Source: Hypanus sabinus (taxonomy: Eukaryota). From it: 64,000 bases of DNA. A program made the position numbers and the translations under genes. Below are positions 39,271-53,039 of the stretch, piece by piece; the stretch's first letter is position 1; every line of letters starts with the position of its first letter. Location of the stretch: the NCBI RefSeq assembly GCF_030144855.1, contig NC_082731.1:11036001-11100000 (forward strand). Reading direction: 5' to 3'. The notes under the pieces are model-generated. The model worked only from the letters and a program-made list of their open reading frames with translations, had not been told where the DNA came from and made no database searches.

Positions 39271-41579
39271 ACGATATGCATATAATCTATTACTGAGATA
39301 ATCTACTTTTTCTCGTGATTTCGGGCGTCGACTGATTCAGTACAAATTCTCGCTTGACATTCCACAGTACTAGATTTTGGCTTCTCCTGGGTTTATACCA
39401 GGATGAACGGTTTCGATCCTAACATAAAATAATTGGGATGTTTCTCCTATTACCGGGGTGGGAGTACGTGTTCTCCGTCGGGTGTTCCTATTTTAACAGA
39501 GCGATGTACTGCGCAGGGCCTCCTTTCACGTGCATTTGATCGGGATGAAGGCCGACACGTTTCCATGAGAAATTCGAAAACTTTCCACATGAAATTGGAC
39601 TACCAAATTAAATAAATAACCCAGAGGTGCATACATTTACAGCTATATTATTCTTCCAAAGTGAGCAGACAATCAGCTTTCAAGCTGCGGTAATGCATTT
39701 TCTGCCCACTGCGAGTGCAATATCATCTGGCCACTCCATAAGTACCGACTGTGATGAAGGGTCAACAGGGAAGATTGGAGACATCGTTTACAGCCGAGAA
39801 ACATAATAGACTCTTTCTTTTACCATTCTCAATGATAGCAACATTATAGACTCAACGATCTATGCGGGAACACAGACAAAATGCTGGTGGAACACAGCAG
39901 GCCAGGCAGCATCGAAAGAAAGAATTCTTCCAGTCTGGCCTGCTGCGTTCCACCTGCATTTTGTGTGTGTTGCTTGAATTTCCAGCATCTGCAGATTTCC
40001 TCCTGTATGCTTTTTAAAATCTATGCGCAATCACATTACGCATTGTGGCCTGAGCGTACTGTAGAGATTGCGGTGAGGTAAGGATAAAAGACAAAATCCC
40101 GGAAAAGGATGACTGCGGCAGTGGATTGTCAAATAAGAGAAGGGAGACCGCTGGCGGCCAAATGAGCCATTGCAGACAGATGGTGAGAATGACTGTGATA
40201 GTGTTTAATCAGAGGAACATAGCGTCCCCTTACGGAGTAAGGAGTGTTGGAGACAAACGAGATAGAGATAACAAAAGGATGTAAAATACACCCAACAACT
40301 AAGGGACAGTTGCTTTACTAACTTCATCGGTTGTCAGCTTTGTTGCTTTTCACACTTGGCGATCAGAAGGAACTCAAAAATATGTAATTTACCCAGTGGT
40401 CAATGTCGTTAATTTATAAGCCAATCTGTATAGAAAGTAGCAGTTTTCTGTTCAGTCACTGTGGGGACAGGGGTCATGCTGTTCCATTTGTGTATAAGTA
40501 AAATATATCATTTGAGTCGTAAGGGTGCGTGTGTTCTGCCTAGGCCCAGTGATATTCGGTAATTTATTATCAGTGACTAGATACTTGGAGGTTCCACCGA
40601 GGCGGCTAATTCTATGGGAGAAAGTAAGTCAACCCCGCAGGCCGAACGGTCTTAAATCCTAAACTGCTTACATTTAAGCAAAGGGCTGAGTCTATTGCTG
40701 GAACGCACATTTTCCTCCGGTGTGAAATAGTCAAGTCAAACTAGCACTTTAGACGCCGACATAGATAGACTGAAGCGTTAAAAAAAAGACTTCCACGGTC
40801 AGGATATTGTCCCACATTAAGTTGCCGTGGTCCTGGTTGTGCCCTACCCGAAGCAAAGGGAATGTCGGTGGTTAAAATATGGTTAAATTCCGACACGTGG
40901 GCGTCTCGATTGTGTGTGCGTGAATGGTAGGGTGAAAATCCCCCTTTTCTGGACTTCTAAAGGATTCGGTGCATGTTTGTACCAGAAAGCATTAGGTAAG
41001 TCCCGAAGTGTATTATGTGGGTGGAATGGACTAAACAGACGTCGTTAGAGGAAGGGAAATGTGAGACTATCGGGTAGCCTGTGAATGTTTAATGTAGATG
41101 TGAAATGCTAAAGACTTTAGATAAATCCTGTAAAAAAGTAAAGTGAGCACGACAGGAGACGGGAGGTGGAGGGATTCGGGGGGGGGGGGTTCGAAAAGTT
41201 GCTTTGAATGTACCTTGAACTGATCTGGTAGGAGCCTTAAGGAAATATTTCCCTCACACTGAAGATTGCAGTGTCGTATAGAAGACGATGTTAATGTATG
41301 TGTGGAAAGTTTTCAAAAATTCAAAAATATTCCGGATTGACTCTAGTAGCTGGGATATGCGGTTTAACGATTGTCATTACGTTGTAACTTCTTTTAGAGG
41401 AAACACATACTGTTAGTTGAAGAGCTAAGTCAAATGGTGAGTGTTTTACAATGTTGCCAAAATCAATTACAAAATCACAGGGTGAAAACTATTATGAGGA
41501 ATGGGGAAAATCCTTGTCTGAGGCCTCATAGATACTCCGTACAACAACTGGACAAGTTTGTACATTGTATAAAAAGTAA

Positions 41580-43320
41580 AAGTATTAAACTCTAGGACAA
41601 GAAATGGCTGCTGAATTAAATGAATCTTTTTCATCAATCTTCATTGTGGAAGGCACAAGCAGTATGCCTAATATTGCACTATGTGAAGGAAGAGAAGTGC
41701 ATGTAGTCTCTGTTACAAGAGCGAAGGTGCAAAAAGATGATAGACCGAAAGGTACATAAGTCACCTGGACCAGATAAACTGCACCCTGGGGTTCTGAAAG
41801 AGGTAATGTTAGAGATTGTGCTGCCATTAGAAATGATCTTTCAAAAACCGTTGGAGTCTGGCATGGTGTCAGAGGACTGGAAATTTGCAAATGTTACTCT
41901 GCACTTTAAGAAAGGAATAAGGCAGCAGAAATAAAATTATCGACCAATTAGCCCGACCTCGGTGTTTGGGAAGATGTTAGACTCCATTATTAAGAACAAG
42001 GTGATGCTGAACTTGGTGGCAGAGGACAAGATAGTACAAAGTCAGCCTGGTTTCCTTCAGGGAAAATCCTACATGATGAACCTGTTGGAATTCTTTGAAG
42101 AGATTACAAGTAGGATAGATAAAGGGGATACAATAGATATTGTACAATTGGATTTTCAGAAGGCCTTTGACAAGGTGCCACACCTGAGATTGCATACCAA
42201 GTTAAGAGCCCATGACATTACAGGAAATCTACTAACATGGTTAGAGAATTGGTTGATTGGTAGGCGGACTGAATGGGAATAAAAGGATCCTTTTCTGATT
42301 GGCTGCCAGTGACTAGTGGTGTTCTGCAGGGGTCAATGCGGGGACCACTTCTTTTTATGCTTTATATAAATTATACAGATGATGGAATAAATGAATTTGT
42401 TGCCAAGTTTGAAGATGATACAAATATTGCTGGAGGGGCAGGTAGTGTTGAGGAAACAGATAGGATGCAGAAGGACTTAGATTAGGAGAATGGGGCAAGA
42501 AAGTGGCAAATGAAATACAATGCTGGAATATGCATGGTCATGTACTTTGGAAGTAGTAATAAATGTGCGGACTATTTTCCAAATCGGGAGAACATTCTGG
42601 AATCTGAAATGCAGAGGGACTTGGGAGTTCTTGTGCAGAACACCCTGAAGGTTGACTTGCAGATTGAGTAGGTGGTGAGGAAGGCAAATGCCATGTTAGC
42701 TTTCATTTGAAGAGGTCTAGAATACAAGAACAAGGATGTGATGCCAAGGCTTTATAAGGCACTGGTGAGAAATCACCTTGAGTACTGTGAACAGTTTTGG
42801 GTCCCTCATCTTAGAAAAGATGTGCTGCCATTGGAGAGGGTCCAGAGGAGGTTCACAAGGATAATTCCAGGAATGAAAGGGTTATCACACGATGAACTTT
42901 TGAGTGTTCTGGGTCTGTACTTGCTGGAATTCAGAATGATGAAGGGGAATCTCATTGAAACCTTTCAAAATATTGAAAGGCCTCGACAGAGTAGATGTGG
43001 AAAGGATGCTTTCCATGGTGGGAGAGTCTAAGACCAGAGGGCAGAGCCTCAGGATAGCCTCAGAAATGCGAATAAATTTCATAAGCCAAAGGGTGGTGAA
43101 TTAATGGAATTTGTTGCCACATGCAGCTGTGGAGGCCAGATCGTTGAGTGTATTTAAGGCAGAACTTAATAGGTCCTTGATTGGACATGGCATCAAAGGT
43201 TACGGGGAGAAGGTTGGCGACTGGGTTTAGGGGGAGGTTCGAAAAAAAGGATCAGTCATCATTGAATGGCCGAGCAGGCTCAATGGGCCAAATGGTCCAA
43301 GTCTGATCCTATGTCTTATG
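41580..43320 (+). mobile_element. CR1 LINE ORF2 RT portion
   Basis: SPGPDKLHPGVLKE, GKSYMMNLLEFFE, LDFQKAFDKVPH, AKFEDD, LEYCEQFWVPHL. Confidence 0.9.
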
Positions 43321-43639
43321 GTTTTAGGTATCGTCTAATCCACCTGAAGTATGGCACATGTGACACTCTGGAACCTTGTATTTTTTTTTGTATTGAACAG
43401 CATAGCTGTTTAGATAATACCATTCTCAATATGTGGGTTTTGCATTTCTTTGATTAAACAGATATGGAAATGGGACGGTGGACCCAGCAGGTGTAGACAT
43501 GGAGATGTTTGTGAAGTGTATGTTTTTATTTGCGAAGTTCCTGCCTACGGGTCTTGAAGATGTCTTCTGGACAAGGCAACTTTGGTAACATTTCCTGCCT
43601 CCACCACCACCAGCACCATAGACAATGCAGTTTACTTTA

Positions 43640-44350
43640 AATAATAAAGACAAGAGATTCTACAGATGCTGGAAACCCAAAGGAACATGCAGAAAATGCT
43701 GGAAAAAATCAGCAAGTCAGGCAGTATTTAGGAAAATGAAAAAACAGTTGACATTTTCAGCTGAAACCCTCTTCAGGACAGGAAAGGAAGGGGAAAGACC
43801 TCAGAATAATAACAAAAAAGTGGGGGTGGAGGGAAAGGTGGACTACCTGTAAGGTGGTATGTGAAGCAAGGTGGATATGAAAAGTAAGGCACTGGAGAAG
43901 AAATCTGATAGAAGATCAGGGTGTACCAAGGGAGAAAGGGGAGAAGGAGGTGCACTGGGGGAGCAGAAGAGGTGAGAAGCCTCTCAGAAGGAATAAAAAG
44001 ATAGGGGGTGGGAAAAGTACAATAAGGAGAAATTGATATAAAGGCAATCAGGTTGCAGGTCACCAGGACAAAATATGAGGTGTTGCCATCCACCCCGAGA
44101 GTGGTCGTCGTGTGGAAAAAGAGGAGGCCAGGCAATGACATGTCAGTGGAGAAATGGGGATAAGAATTAATATGATTGCCCACTGGTAAATTCTGCTTTT
44201 GGCTGATGGAGTGCAGATGCTCGAAAAAATAGTCCACCGATTTACGTTAGGCCACAACAAATTCATAGGTGAAATGTTACCTCACCTGGATGGACGGTTT
44301 GGGCCCCTGAATGGAGATAAGGGAGGAGGTGAATGAGTAGTTGTAGCATT
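43640..44350 (-). mobile_element. Penelope-like element 3' fragment
   Basis: Minus ORF 43773-44237 ending in GIY-YIG-like EHLHSISQKQNLPVGNH, plus the family terminal sequence. Confidence 0.7.
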
Positions 44351-44959
44351 TCTGTATTTACCTTAAATATCCATTCCCGAACTGTACTTAAGGTTTTGTA
44401 TGATTTTAATTCTGACTGTTGTGAGATGCCACCTGACAGAAGGCTGTCTGTAATTTTTCTTTGATGGTTTTTCCTCCCGATATGACAATGAAATATGACA
44501 GTGATAGTTTCTAGTGGATATGTAGTGTGTTTACATCATATAATATCTTAAGTAGCAGAGCTACCTTCATTCCTGTTTGTTCAAGCAGATTAAACTTTTT
44601 TTTACCTAAACAACAGCCTGCAGCTTTGCAGATGGTGCGCTGAATTTCAGTATGCCTTTGGAGTAGCTGATGAGAATGGATATCTATGTGGGTTTTCCAC
44701 CTCCAGAGCTACAATTAAACATGGTCAATGAACTATAAACTTTTTGCTGCTTTCCAGCCACTTAATGCAATTGATGTTATCAACAATGCAGCTCATACTA
44801 ATGGGGCAGATGAAATAACTAAAGGGAATAAAAGAGATAACTTCCTTGCTAAAGCAACAGCATAATATTAAGCTCATGTCACATTCTAGTGTGATCAGGC
44901 TGCGAATACTTTACAAATTCTTTTCATGAACTAATACAATTATGGTTGGAGGTGTAAAG

Positions 44960-45700
44960 CAATCTTTCCCTCCAGGCTGCCATGGCCCATAACCTTGCTG
45001 TTAGGCTACCACACACTATGGCATATCACCCACAGTCCAACGGCCAATGCAAGGGGGTTCATGACTGCTTAATGGCTGCTCTGAGGGCTTCCCTGACTGA
45101 TGAGTGTCAGCATGATTGTCTCCTGTGGGTCCTGCTGGGGCTCAGAACAGTTCCAAAAGAGAACCTCCAGTCATCCGTGGTTGAGTTATCATTTGGGCAG
45201 CCATTACAAGTGGCAGATGATTTCATTCCTGATGCCATGACCATCTTGTTGACATCTCAAAATCATTCTACACAGCTTAGTAAATTGAATTCCTTTTCAC
45301 ATATTCCTGGGTTCCTGTTGACCTACATTCCACCTTGTTTGCTTTTGTCTGGCATAATGCACACCAACAACCCCTTAGGACCCATTACAATGGCCTGTTC
45401 TGCATTTTGAAACAGGGAGAATTGATAAGAATTGATAAGAGGAGTAAACATGAATGTAATTTGGTATATTGTCTTAAACTGGCCCAAAAAAATTTGGAGG
45501 ATTCTGCTACCATGCCTCTGGTGTCACTACATGACAATGAGCATGGCAATGCACCTCTGGACAAGCCAGAGGCAGCTTCTGTTCCTCCACCCATGCAACA
45601 CAGGACTCAAACGGGGCAGTTTGTCCAAGCACCAGACTGGCACACAATGCTGGGGGGGAGGAGGTCACCCATGTTGGGTAACGTAATTGTGGAAGAATAC
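44960..45700 (+). mobile_element. Gypsy integrase C-terminal fragment
   Basis: HTMAYHPQSNGQC...LRASLTDE...LLWVLLGLRT-PKENLQSSVVELSFGQPLQV. Confidence 0.85.
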
Positions 45701-45899
45701 GTAGTTCAGAATGACTTGCATTGAATTGGGGTTTCACATCAAGAGATCATGTAATTACATTAGCATTTGCTTTACTGTGTTCAGTGTTTGGAGTACAATG
45801 AAAGAGTTGCCATGGTTTTTCTTAAACATAAATTAAATCCACATTTGTTATTATGCTTGGATATCTCCATGCTTAAAAGTTTTTCCAGCTCAGAGAAAT

Positions 45900-46260
45900 T
45901 ATGTCTTAACTGTTGGTAATTTCTGTTATGAGAATTTATTCCTTGGTTTTGGATTCGCAAGAATATCTTAAGTGAAAACTGTCCTCACTTAATGGGTAAA
46001 CTTATTTGAGATGCTAAAAATCATGCAGTGTAAGCCTATTTTCACCAGTCCTTAGTACCCTTAGAACTTATGAGGCAGCTAAAAGAACGAATGGGTCATG
46101 AAATGAAGGTTTACTAAATTGTCTGATGAGACTGAGCAAAAGTGGTCAGAGGTGCTTCCAGTAGCCTTTGTGCCAATCACCGCACTTCAAAATACATAAC
46201 AGTCTTATCTCCACATGAAATAGTTTTGAGAGGTTCCATGTGCTTGCTAGTTGTCCATCT
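45900..46260 (+). mobile_element. Endogenous-retrovirus-like integrase relic
   Basis: Frameshifted TKLSDETEQKWSEVLPVAF...TVLSPHEIVLRGSM resembles class I ERV integrase C-core (KL-QETGLKW-DALPLAL...TGLSPHEI--GRPM). Confidence 0.6.
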
Positions 46261-46329
46261 TTTTTAATTAAACAGATGGGCATCCATACTAAGAGTGAAC
46301 TGTGATATAACTCTAAGAAAAGCTTTTAA

Positions 46330-47330
46330 ATGTTCACATCAACAGGTAATTGAAGCCCAGGGTTATCATTGGAAAATTTGAATATGGTTTTAGAGCTGTG
46401 CTTAGCCACAAGATCAGGTGCAAAGAAAGGAGAGCAGCCATGTGATGCACCTAGACTGATGGAGATCATGGAGGAGATGATTTTGTCAATCTGAACTGAC
46501 TTGGGTCTGCAAGTGAGGGAATCCAGGATCCAATTGCACAAGTAGGTATTGTGGCCTAGGTCTTTGAGACTATTCATTAGTTTTGAGGGATGATGGTAAT
46601 GAAAGCTAAGTTGTAATAGATAAGTAACGTTCTGGTGTATGTATTTTTGTCTGAATGTTCCAGGGTTATGTGAAGAGCCAATGAAATATCATTGCTGTGG
46701 ACCTATTGGTGTGGTACACAAATTGGAGTGGATTCATGGCCAATGAGGAAGGAGCTGATAAGTTTCAACACCAGCCTCACAAAACAATTAATCAACATGG
46801 ATATACTTGCAACCGGCCAATAGTCATTGAGGCATGTCACTATACTCTTCTTGGGCACCAATATGATTGAAGCCTACTTGAAGCAGGTGGGTACCACACA
46901 CTACTAAAGTGAGAGGTCAAAGATATCATTGAACACACCAGCCAGTTGGTCAGCACAGGTCATAGTATTCAAATCCTTTCAATGGATTCACCCTCCCGAA
47001 GGCATCCCACACATTAACTTCAGAAACTGTGACCAAAGGATCATCAGGAGATGTGGGAGATTGTGATGGTCAAAATGAGCAGAGAAGGCATTGAGCTTAT
47101 CCGTAAGAAAAACCCTGCTGTCCCCTACATCACTTGATTTAAATTTGTAGAAGATTACAACATTCAAACTCTGCCTCAGCTGTCAAGCATCCTTCATTGA
47201 CTCAACTTTGGTCCAGAATCCCCTCTTTGCCCCTAAGATGTCTTTCTGGAGAACATAACTGCACTTTGTGTAGCATTCTTGGATTTCCTGACCTAAATGA
47301 TCTGACCCTCAGCAAATTTTGGATTTCATG
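46330..47330 (-). mobile_element. Rex1/Babar RT relic
   Basis: NSLKDLGHNTYLCNWILDSLTCRPKSVQI...ISLGASHGC...KFSNDN. Confidence 0.75.
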
Positions 47331-47759
47331 GTTCATCCAGGGCTTCTGACTGAAGAAGACTCTGAACAACTTCATGGGAACAGTCTCACCTAGAGATTTT
47401 TTAGTAAAATATGTACAACCCTGGCTAGTAACCTTTGATATGACTGTTAGTTAATTCACAGATGATAGTAAAATAGGGTGATAGAATTATGGAATACCGC
47501 AACACAGTAATAGGCCTTTTTGCCCATCTGGTCTATGGCAACCTGTTATTCTGCCTCTGGATAAAGGCAGTAATCAGGAAAGATGAAGGTGATGTAACTT
47601 ATTTGGAGTCTTCTTCCTAACCATATTGTAGAAAAATCATCACCATCAGTGAATAAGTGTAAGAACATATGGCAACATTACCAGTCCAGGCAATGGCTTC
47701 TGTTAGACAATTATTCTGAATGTTGATTCAGTGACATGAGTAACCGTGAAGATAAGAGT

Positions 47760-48115
47760 ATAAGACCATAAGATATAGGAGCCGAATTAGTCCATTTGGC
47801 CCATCAAGTCTGCTCCACCTCTCAGCCCCAATCTCCTGCCATTTCCCAGTATCCCTTTATGCTTCCACTAATCAAGAATAAATATATCAACCTCTGCCTT
47901 AAATATATCCAATAAATTGGCCTCTATAGCCACCTGTGGCAACGAATTCCACAGATTTGCCACTCTCTGGCTAAAGAAATTCCTCCTCAACTTTATTCTA
48001 AAAGGACAGCCTTCTGTTCTGAGGCTGTGTTCTCTGGTATTAGACTCTCCTACCATAGGAAACATCCTCCTACTTCTAATCTATCAAGGCCTTTCAACAT
48101 TCAATAGTTTTCAAT
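47760..48115 (-). mobile_element. CR1 3' end
   Basis: LRRNFFSQRVANLWNSLPQ plus an ATCTTATGGTCTTA tail. Confidence 0.8.
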
Positions 48116-48119
48116 GAAT

Positions 48120-49860
48120 TGGACAGTGACTGATCACCGCACAGGAGCATGAGAAGAGAGCTACCATTTCACTAAGGTTCACACTCAGGATTAAAAAGAC
48201 AGAACTTTGTGGCAGGTTTTTGGAGTTGGACTGTGACCAATCACTGAGCAGGACTCTTTAGAAAGGGCAAATAAAAGTAACACAGGCACAAGCGTAGATA
48301 TCTTTGCTGTGAGTGGGCCAGTGTTTGGAGTGCCTTTGGCTCATCAGGCTTTTCTCTATATAGAGAAGTTTCTCTATGTCTTCTTAGTTCTTCATTCCTT
48401 GCCTGTTAGGGCACAGTTTGTTCAGTGAGAATGCCTCTAGGACCCATGTTTTGATCTGTGTGTGAAATGTGGGAATTTTAGGAGACCTCCAGCCTCCAGA
48501 ATAACCACATTGCAGCAGGTGCACTGAGCTACAGCTCCTCAGGGAACAGATTAAGGAACTGGAGCTGCAGCTTGGTGAACCTTTGGCTCACATGGAAAAT
48601 GAAGAAGTGATAGATAAGAGCTACAGGGAATTAGTTACCCCTGGGATGTAGGAGGCAGGTTTGATAAATGGGTGAAAATCTGGAGAAGAAATGGAAATAG
48701 GAAACCAGTACAGAGTACATCTGTTGCCATACCTCTCAATAATGAATTGACTTTGGAAACTCTTGAGGGTGATGACCTGCCGGGGGGAGCTGCAGTGAAC
48801 ATGTCTCTGGGTGCTGTGGCTCAGAAGAGAGGTGAAGAGGACTTCCGTGTTGATAGCAGATTCCACTCTTAGGCAAACAGAGATGAGATTATGTGGATGT
48901 GATAGACACCTGAATGGTAAGTTGCCTCTCAGGTGCCAAGGTCGAGGATGTCTCGGATTGGGTGCAGCCAGAAGACTTGGGTACACATTTGCACCAATGA
49001 CATAGGTAGGAATGGTGGTGAGGTCCTGAAGAGAGATTTCAGGAAGGTAGGTACAAAGATGAAAATAAAGATATTCAGCTTGTCATCTTTGGGTTGCTGC
49101 CTATGCCATGTACCAGTGAGCGTGAGATTAGGATGACTTGGCAGATGAATGCGTGGCTGAGGAACAGGTACAAGGGGCAGGGGTTCGGATTTTTGGATCA
49201 ATGGGATATTTTCTGGGGAATGTACAGCCTGTAGAAAAGGGATGGGTTTCACCTGTGCCCAAGGGGAACCTATATCCTTGCAGGATGGCTTTCTGGAACT
49301 GTTCAGGAGGGTTTAAATTAATTTAGCAGGGCCATAGGAAACAGAGTGGTAGTGCTGAAGATGAGGTAGTTGATAGGCAGTGTGTAGTGAGACTACTAGC
49401 AATGGAAAGCTGATGATTTGTCAAATTTGAGTTGATTACATGAATTGCAATGCAGAAGATGTACAAAATCAAGAAACATGAATACAGGGCTGAAGGTGTT
49501 ATATTTGAATGTGCGCTGTATACAGAATATGGCAGATGAATTTGCAGCAACATTACAGATTAGCAAATATGAAATTGTGGGTATCACTGAATCATGGTTG
49601 AAAGATTATAACTGGAAGTTTAACCTGCAAGGATACACATTGTATCTTAAGAACAGGCAAGTAGGCAGGACTGGTTGGTATGAAATGAAATCAAATCTTT
49701 AGAAAGAGGTTACACCAGGTCAGAAGGTATTAAATCGTTGTTGGTACAACTAAGGAACTGCAAAGGTTAAAAAAAAACCTTGGGTGAGAGCTATATTCAG
49801 ACCTGCAAACAGTAGGAAAGATGTGGTCTCTAAATTAAAAATTGTGATGGAAAATGCATA
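48120..49860 (+). mobile_element. CR1 5' region: ORF1 (Zn finger/leucine zipper + SGNH esterase) and start of ORF2 APE
   Basis: C-x2-C...LQLLREQIKELELQL, VLIADS-LR...HICTNDIGR esterase motifs, and LKVLYLN-R-IQN...EIVGITESWL. Confidence 0.75.
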
Positions 49861-49864
49861 CCAA

Positions 49865-51145
49865 AAGGACCTGGACCCTTTGCAATTTGCCTATCATCAC
49901 AATAGGTCAATGGCAGATGCAATCTCCATGGTGCTTCTCAAGGCTTTAGACCACGTAGACAACAGAAACATCTATGTCAGGATGCCGTTCATCGACTATA
50001 GCTCAGCATTTAATACCATCATTTCTACAATTCTGATTGAGAAGTTGCAGAACCTGGGCATCTGTACCTCTTTCTGTAATTGGATTCGTGATTTCTTAAC
50101 TGGAAGACCACAGTCTTTCCAGATTGGTGATAACATATTTTCCTCGCTGATGATCAACACTAGCACACCTCAGGGGTGTGCGCTTAGCCTACTTCTCTAC
50201 TCTCTGTACATACATTATTATGTGGCTAGGCATAGCTCAAATACCATCTACAAATTTGCAGGCAATACAACCATTGCTGGTAGAATCTCAGGTGGTGTTG
50301 AGAGTGTGATATGCCAACTAGTGGAATAATGCCGCAGCAACAACCTGGGTCTCAACGTCAGTACGATGAAAGAGCTAATTGTGGACTTCAGGAAGGGTAA
50401 GACCAAGGAACACATACCAATCCTCAAAGAGTGATCAGAACTGGAGAGAGTAAGCAGCTTCAAGTTCCTCAGTGTCAAGATCTCTGAGGATCTAATCTGG
50501 TCCCAACATACTGATGTAGTCATAAAGAAGGCAAGACAGTGGCTATACTTTATTAGGAGTTTGAAGTCATTTGGCATGTCAATAAATACATTCAAAAACT
50601 TCTGTGGTTGTACCATGGAGAGCATTCTGACAGGCTGCATCACTAACTGGTATGGAGGGGCTACTGCACAGGGCCAAAAGAAGCTGCAGAAGGTTGTCAA
50701 TCTAGTCAGTTTCATCTTGGGCACTAGCCTAGAAACTACTTAAGAAGTCTTTAGAGAGTGGTGTCTCAGAAAGGCAGCATCCATTATTAAAGACCTCCAG
50801 CACCCAGGGCATGCCCTTTTCTCACTGTTACCATCAGGTAGCAGATAAAGAAGCCTGAAGGCACACATTCAGTGATTCAGGAACAGTTTTCTCCCATCCT
50901 GATTCCTGAAAGGACTTTGAAACTTTGGACACTACCTCTTTTTCTAATATACAGTATTTCTGTTTTTGCACATTTTAAAATAATCTATTCAATATACGTA
51001 ATTGATTTGCTTGTTGATTTATTATTATGTTTTATTTTTCTTATTTTTTTCTCTCTCTGCTAGATTATGTATTGCACTGAACTGCTGCAGCAAAGTTAAC
51101 AAATTTCACATCACATGCTGGAGATAATAAACCTGATTCTGATTC
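49865..51145 (+). mobile_element. Rex1/Babar LINE, 5'-truncated RT and 3' UTR
   Basis: [19 protein letters not shown]...[16 protein letters not shown]...STPQGCALS...YKFA, with an AATAAACCTGATTCTGATTC tail. Confidence 0.9.
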
Positions 51146-51399
51146 CTAACATCTGCATGATGCCTTTCTTTGTGCAGCTCATGATTGTGCCTACCAGGGG
51201 AAGTCTGCATTACCTGTGCTGTGACGGTTGCTTACAACTGCAGGATTGACCACCATCTAATCTGACCTGTCATTACACTCATTCTGGATCCAAGTCAAAT
51301 ATAACAACAGAAATGTGGCATCAGAAGATCAATTTTGAAGAACTGACTGACCACACAAAGACTGATTTCCTCACAGAGTGACAAGGAAATGGTCAGTTC

Positions 51400-51720
51400 A
51401 CCTCAATGACGCAGGGCTAGCCATCAACCACCATTTACATTAATCCCATTCTTTCCACACTGCCACCAACATTCTCATGTCTGTGCACTTAACTGCACAA
51501 TGGTCCATTTATAATTGGTAATTAAACTGGCAATCCTTCCATCTTTGGGATGTGGTGGTGGGCGTGGGGAACTGGAACATCAGGATGAAACCTATGGAAT
51601 AACAGAGAGAACATGGAAAGCTCACACAGACTCAACCGGAGCAAGTGATTGAACCTGGGTTTCTGGAGCAGGGAGACAGCAGCTCCATCAGCTGTACCAC
51701 TCTGCCTCGCCTGTCAGGAC
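51400..51720 (-). mobile_element. Probable tRNA-derived SINE relic
   Basis: Reverse complement of a GGTTCAATC B-box-like head and a TCTCCCTGTG...CCACCACATCCCAAAGA central domain typical of V-SINE/HE1-like SINEs. A similar relic lies at ~6260-6540. Confidence 0.45.
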
Positions 51721-52329
51721 CAGTCAGAAAACCTGATGACTTTTTTTTCAAATTACACAAAATTGCAATAGTCCACCACAGTGTACATTAGCTGAAGATT
51801 AAATTTGCTGATGACACAGAACTTGGTGGATTGGTAGATAGTGAAGAAGGTTTCATAATGAGGTACTCAAATCAGCTGGAAAGTGACGCGTAGCAGTAAC
51901 AGAGAAAATTGAATCCAGAAAATTGTTGAAGAATGCATTTTAGAAGGACGCATTTTAGAAGCTGGTAACAAAACACACAATGAATAATGAACCGCACGAG
52001 ACCTAAATATGTAAGTGCAATATTTCCTGAAAATAGTAACACAAGTGAAAAGGATACTGAAGAAAACATTTGGCATGGATGCCTTCAAAGGTCAAGACAT
52101 AAGAAACCATATGTGCATTATGGTTTGTCTACAGAGAGTATTATGTACAGTTCTGATTGAAACACGAGATATGGTCATATTTGAGAGTGTGCAGAGGTGA
52201 TACATCAGGATGTTGTCTGGAATGGTGGGCTTCAGTTACAATGCAAAATTGTGTAAGCTGGGTTTGTACACATGGAAAATAAAAGTCTGAGAGTTGACCA
52301 TACAGAGGTTTGTAAGATTATGATAGACA

Positions 52330-53022
52330 TGTAACCCCCTGGGTCGCCTCAGGCTCGCTCAGCTCGTTCTCGTCTAGGGGGAGCAGCCTTCGGCCCCGCC
52401 AAACTGGGTAATCAGCTGGTGTGGATGCTGTGTGATGTCCCCGCCTCACCCAAAAACAGACAGTACACCATATGCGATTAAATGAGTACAATTTATAAAG
52501 GTTACTGTAACTAAGTGATTAATAACGATACAGTATATATGAAGAGAAAATTAAAGAAAAGGCGCCAAACTTATCAAAGTCCAAACCACTTTGTGCACAG
52601 CCGTTGGAGCTCAATTACTGAAGTCTTCTGGCCACCATTTGATCCCCTCCGAACTCCTCGACTCGCAGCTTAGGACCCTCCGAACTCCTCGACTCTCCAA
52701 ACAGCTCAGGACCCTCCGAGTGGTCAACCAAGCACATCTAGCTTCATCCCCCCCCCCTCCTCGGAGAATCTCCCAGCCTCGGACCCCCCTTTGGGGTCCG
52801 ATCCTCACCCAGCTTAGAGCATTGCGTCCTCTCTCTCGAACCCCTCGCGCCGATCTGCCCAAAAGCCTGTCAACAAAAGCTTACAGACTCAGAAGAAAGA
52901 ACATTAATCCCCATTTGGTTTACAAAGGAATACCATTCTCATTATCAGTAAATTAGCATTCCTGCTAGTTAACAAAAGGAAACCCCTTTCCCAACAGTAA
53001 CAAAGAAAAAAAACCCTTTACA
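52330..53022. mobile_element. Solo LTR with 4-bp TSD (GACA) inserted in a CR1 fragment
   Basis: TGTAAC...TTACA termini with GACA at 52326-52329 and 53023-53026. CR1 sequence is continuous across the insertion. Confidence 0.88.
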
Positions 53023-53039
53023 GACATATTTCAGGGAAG

